Shown piece after piece: positions 60,980 to 64,000 of a stretch of DNA of 64,000 nt. The stretch spans positions 40,362,001-40,426,000 of the forward strand of contig NC_043000.1 in assembly GCF_006345805.1 (NCBI RefSeq). The letters run 5' to 3'. Below the pieces are notes generated by a model. That model saw nothing but the letters and a program-made list of their open reading frames with translations. It did not search any database and was not told the origin of the DNA. The position numbers and the translations under genes are program-made. This DNA comes from Octopus sinensis (taxonomy: Eukaryota). Positions within the stretch are counted from its first letter, which is position 1; every line of letters starts with the position of its first letter.

Positions 60980-62215
60980 GTTGTCAAGAAAGTTCTTGCG
61001 GTTTTTAACCTTTAAATTCAGATGCACATATCTCGGCTCAAACAAAACTTTATAATCAACACATTTTTGCCAACGCGAAACAAGTTTATTTATGCCATTG
61101 GCGTATAAATTCTGTGTTCTGGTGGCGATGAAGTCATTGAAGTCGTGTTTGGCATCGTCTTGGTTTTTGAAGCATTTCTCACACAGACGTTCTCGAGATG
61201 CTATAAAAAGTGGTAGTCGGTTGGCGAGAGTTCTGGTGAATATGACGGATGAGGCAGAGTTTCGTAGCTCAATTCGTTCAACTTCTGCAGGGTCAGTTGT
61301 GCGGCGGGCGGCCGAGCGTTGTGGTGGAGAAGAATTTGTCCTTTTCTATTGACCAATGCTGGCTGTTGTCGGAGTTTCTTATGCATTTCATCTATTTGCG
61401 GACAGTACTTCTCCGCCATAATGAGACCGGGCGCAGACCACCAAACAGTCACCATGACCTTCTTTTGGTGCAACTTTGGCTTCGGGAAGTACTGTGGAGC
61501 GTTGTCGGCGTCCAACCACTGAGCTGAGTGTCGCCGGTTGTCGTAAACAATCCATTTTTCATTGCAAGTCACAATCCGGTCGGTGAAACAGGTCATTCTT
61601 GTTGCGTAAAAGAAGGGAAGACGACACTTCAAAACGGCGTTTTCTATTGTTTTTTTTTTTGTTGTCGTTCAATTCATGCGGCACCCATTTCTCAAGTATT
61701 TTTGCTTTTCCAATCTCTTTCAAGTGGTTGGAAATTGTCGTATACGTTATAGCTAATCCAGAAGCAAGCTCTCGAACAGTAGTGCGGGGATTGGCTTCGA
61801 CTAAGGCTCTTAATTGATCGTTGTCAACATCCAATTGCCGACCACTACGCTTATCATCTTCCAAACTCTCGTCACCGCTACGAAATTTCTTGAACCACCA
61901 TTGTGCTGTGCGTTCATTAGTGGTTCCCGGGCCAAACGCATCGTTGATATTGCGAGCTTTTTCAGCAGCTTTAAGACCTAGCTTGAACTGGAATGAGAAA
62001 ATTGTGCGAATTTGCTTTTTGTCCATGTTGTATTCAACGTTCTGAAAAAAATGGTCTAATTATTCAAAAAGAAAAAGAATAATACGATAGGATAGAGCGA
62101 AAAACGGGCATAAAAATGATGTATAAAGTCAAAGTAATTTAACGAAAATTAATTTGAAAATACATAATTTAAAACGAAAATTTAAAATTCAACAAGAACT
62201 TTCTTGACAACCTAA
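60976..62215 (-). mobile_element. Mariner transposon, cecropia subfamily (Hsmar1-like), frameshifted
   Basis: TIRs TTAGGTTGTCAAGAAAGTTCTTG at both ends, TA duplication; ORFs 61559-62026 (MDKKQIRTIF...WVPHEL) and 61201-61632 (RIVTCNEKW...HNARP...YSPELSPTDYHF). Confidence 0.95.
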
Positions 62216-62218
62216 TAT

Positions 62219-62610
62219 ATAGGCGCAGGCATGGCTGTGTGGTAAGTAGCTTGCTTACCAACCACATGGTTCTGGGTTCAGTCCCACTGCGTGGAATCTT
62301 GGGCAAGTGTCTTCTACTATAGCCTCGGTACGACCAAAGCCTTATGAGTGAATTTGGTCGACGGAGACTGAAAGAAGCCGTCGTATATGTGTGTGTGTGT
62401 GTGTGTGTATGTGTGTGTTTGCGTTTGTCCCCCCACCATCGCTTGATCACCAATACTGGTATGTTTACGTCCCCGTAACTTAGGGGTACGACGGGGAGAC
62501 CGATAGGATAAGTACTAGACTTACAAAGAATAAGTCCTGGGGTCGATTTGTTCGACTAAAGCGGTGCTCCAGCATGACCGCAGTCAAATGACTGAAACAA
62601 ATAAAAGAAT
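62219..62610 (+). mobile_element. SINE family A, full length and well preserved
   Basis: GGCGCAGGCATGGCTGTGTGGTAAG head to GCGGTGCTCCAGCATGACCGCAGTCAAATGACTGAAACAAATAAAAG tail. Confidence 0.9.
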
Positions 62611-62807
62611 ATATATATATATATATATATATTGTATTTCGGGATGATTTTTTTTTTTGCTAAATAAACACACGCACTATACATGCGTTCTTTACTCGTT
62701 TAGTACTGTTTTTATTCGAACTCATGTCCATTGGCCGGAAATCTTTCGTCACACATCTTTGACCTCTTCAGCGACAGTTTCCGTTTTCGTGTTGGTTCCT
62801 GCATGTG

Positions 62808-62811
<4 letters not shown>

Positions 62812-62839
<28 letters not shown>

Positions 62840-62940
62840 TGTATGTATGTATGTATGTATGTATGTATGTATGCATGTATGTATGTATGTATGTATGTAT
62901 GTGTATGTATGTATGTATGCATGTATGTATGTATGTGTGT
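62812..62940. repeat. (TATG)n microsatellite
   Basis: Direct reading. Confidence 0.95.
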
Positions 62941-63942
62941 ATGCATGTAGCATTTTATGTATACATATTGACACATATGCACTCACAGAGCATACACATG
63001 TATATCATGTAGCAAAAAAAAAAGCATTAAAATTTGGAACGAAAAAAGAAAAAAAAAGAACAACTAACAGGTTAATAGTTTAACGCTTGAGAAGTTGAAA
63101 AGAGTATGGAGAGTCTTAACGATTGGGTCATTAGTCCTTTTTCAGGAAGGAGGAAAGAAGCGGAAAGAAAAACATAGAGAATCTGAAACCGCCACCACTC
63201 CCAAAAAATGAATAAACTTTTAAAAACAGCAAAATAGTAAAATGTATTATAAAAATTTTATCAGGAGTGCAAGGGGAAGGTGAGAAGCTAAAAGCCGGAA
63301 TACTGTTTCATGGAGACAAGAAGGGAGTTGGCTTAGGTATATAGCTGCATGTTTCAGAGTGCTTGAGTGCCTGGAAGGTGGAATGGTATAAGCGCTTGTT
63401 GGTAAGGTGTATGAATGTGCACAGATGTGTGTAATTGTATAAATTTAGTGGTGTTGATTAGTGGTAGTTGTATTAGTCGGTGTGGTGTATATAACTGCTG
63501 AATGGTGTGTGTGTGTGTGTGTGAACTAAATTTTGCAGAAAGGTGAACGTGTGTGCCACGGCGAACGAGTTATTTCAGAGTGTGCGTGTGTGTAAACAAA
63601 AACACATCATTACAGTGAAATGTATTTAGTGGCGTGCGAAAAGGAAACATTGATCGATATGTTAAAACGAGTTAAGATAATAATATAAAATTCGAGACGG
63701 TAAAACTTAAGATGGTGGTAAAATTGCGAGAAAATGATAAAAATACATGATGGTGAAACTCATTTGAACGAAGGAGAATGGTTGACAGAATAAAAGAGAG
63801 AAGAACAGAAGTATTCTTTTTTGAAAGAAGAGATAATGCACAGGTAAGGAATCGCGTATGTGGTTATAAAGTCAGGTGTGGTCGAGCAGTTGAGCGACGA
63901 GTGGAAGGAAGAGATATAGGGAGCGAGTGAGAAAGAGGGACC

Positions 63943-63988
<46 letters not shown>

Positions 63989-64000
63989 ATGATTCAAAAC

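Overview
AT-rich eukaryotic DNA, most likely an octopus (coleoid cephalopod) genome, judging by the tRNA-derived SINE families and extreme microsatellite density. I found no convincing host protein-coding exon, so the window looks intronic or intergenic; almost all listed ORFs are microsatellite read-throughs or transposon remnants. The content is a dense retroelement and DNA-transposon graveyard: four mariner remnants (one closely resembling human Hsmar1), a Tc1, a DD37D/maT element, a hAT MITE, a probable Helitron, CR1-group, RTE, R4/Dong-like and HERO-like LINE fragments, Penelope-like RT and GIY-YIG remnants, and many SINEs. Most interesting observations: (1) two independent, 5'-truncated copies of an L1/Tx1-type retrotransposon, both inserted in the same orientation into (ATCT)n/(GATA)n arrays, suggesting a GATA-microsatellite-targeting family. 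A similar 3' terminus appears on a SINE and as a 9-nt micro-insertion with a 16-bp TSD inside another SINE. (2) A ~1.97-kb near-perfect palindrome (arms ~970 bp, 14-nt spacer, a 526-bp mismatch-free block, modular E2F/CCAAT/E-box repeats). (3) Several minimal hammerhead-ribozyme-like motifs in Penelope-type repeats. (4) A CR1-group LINE with twin-priming-style 5' inversion whose 3' tail matches the main SINE tail with compensatory hairpin changes. All alignments and counts were done by eye, and family names rest on recalled motifs, not database searches.
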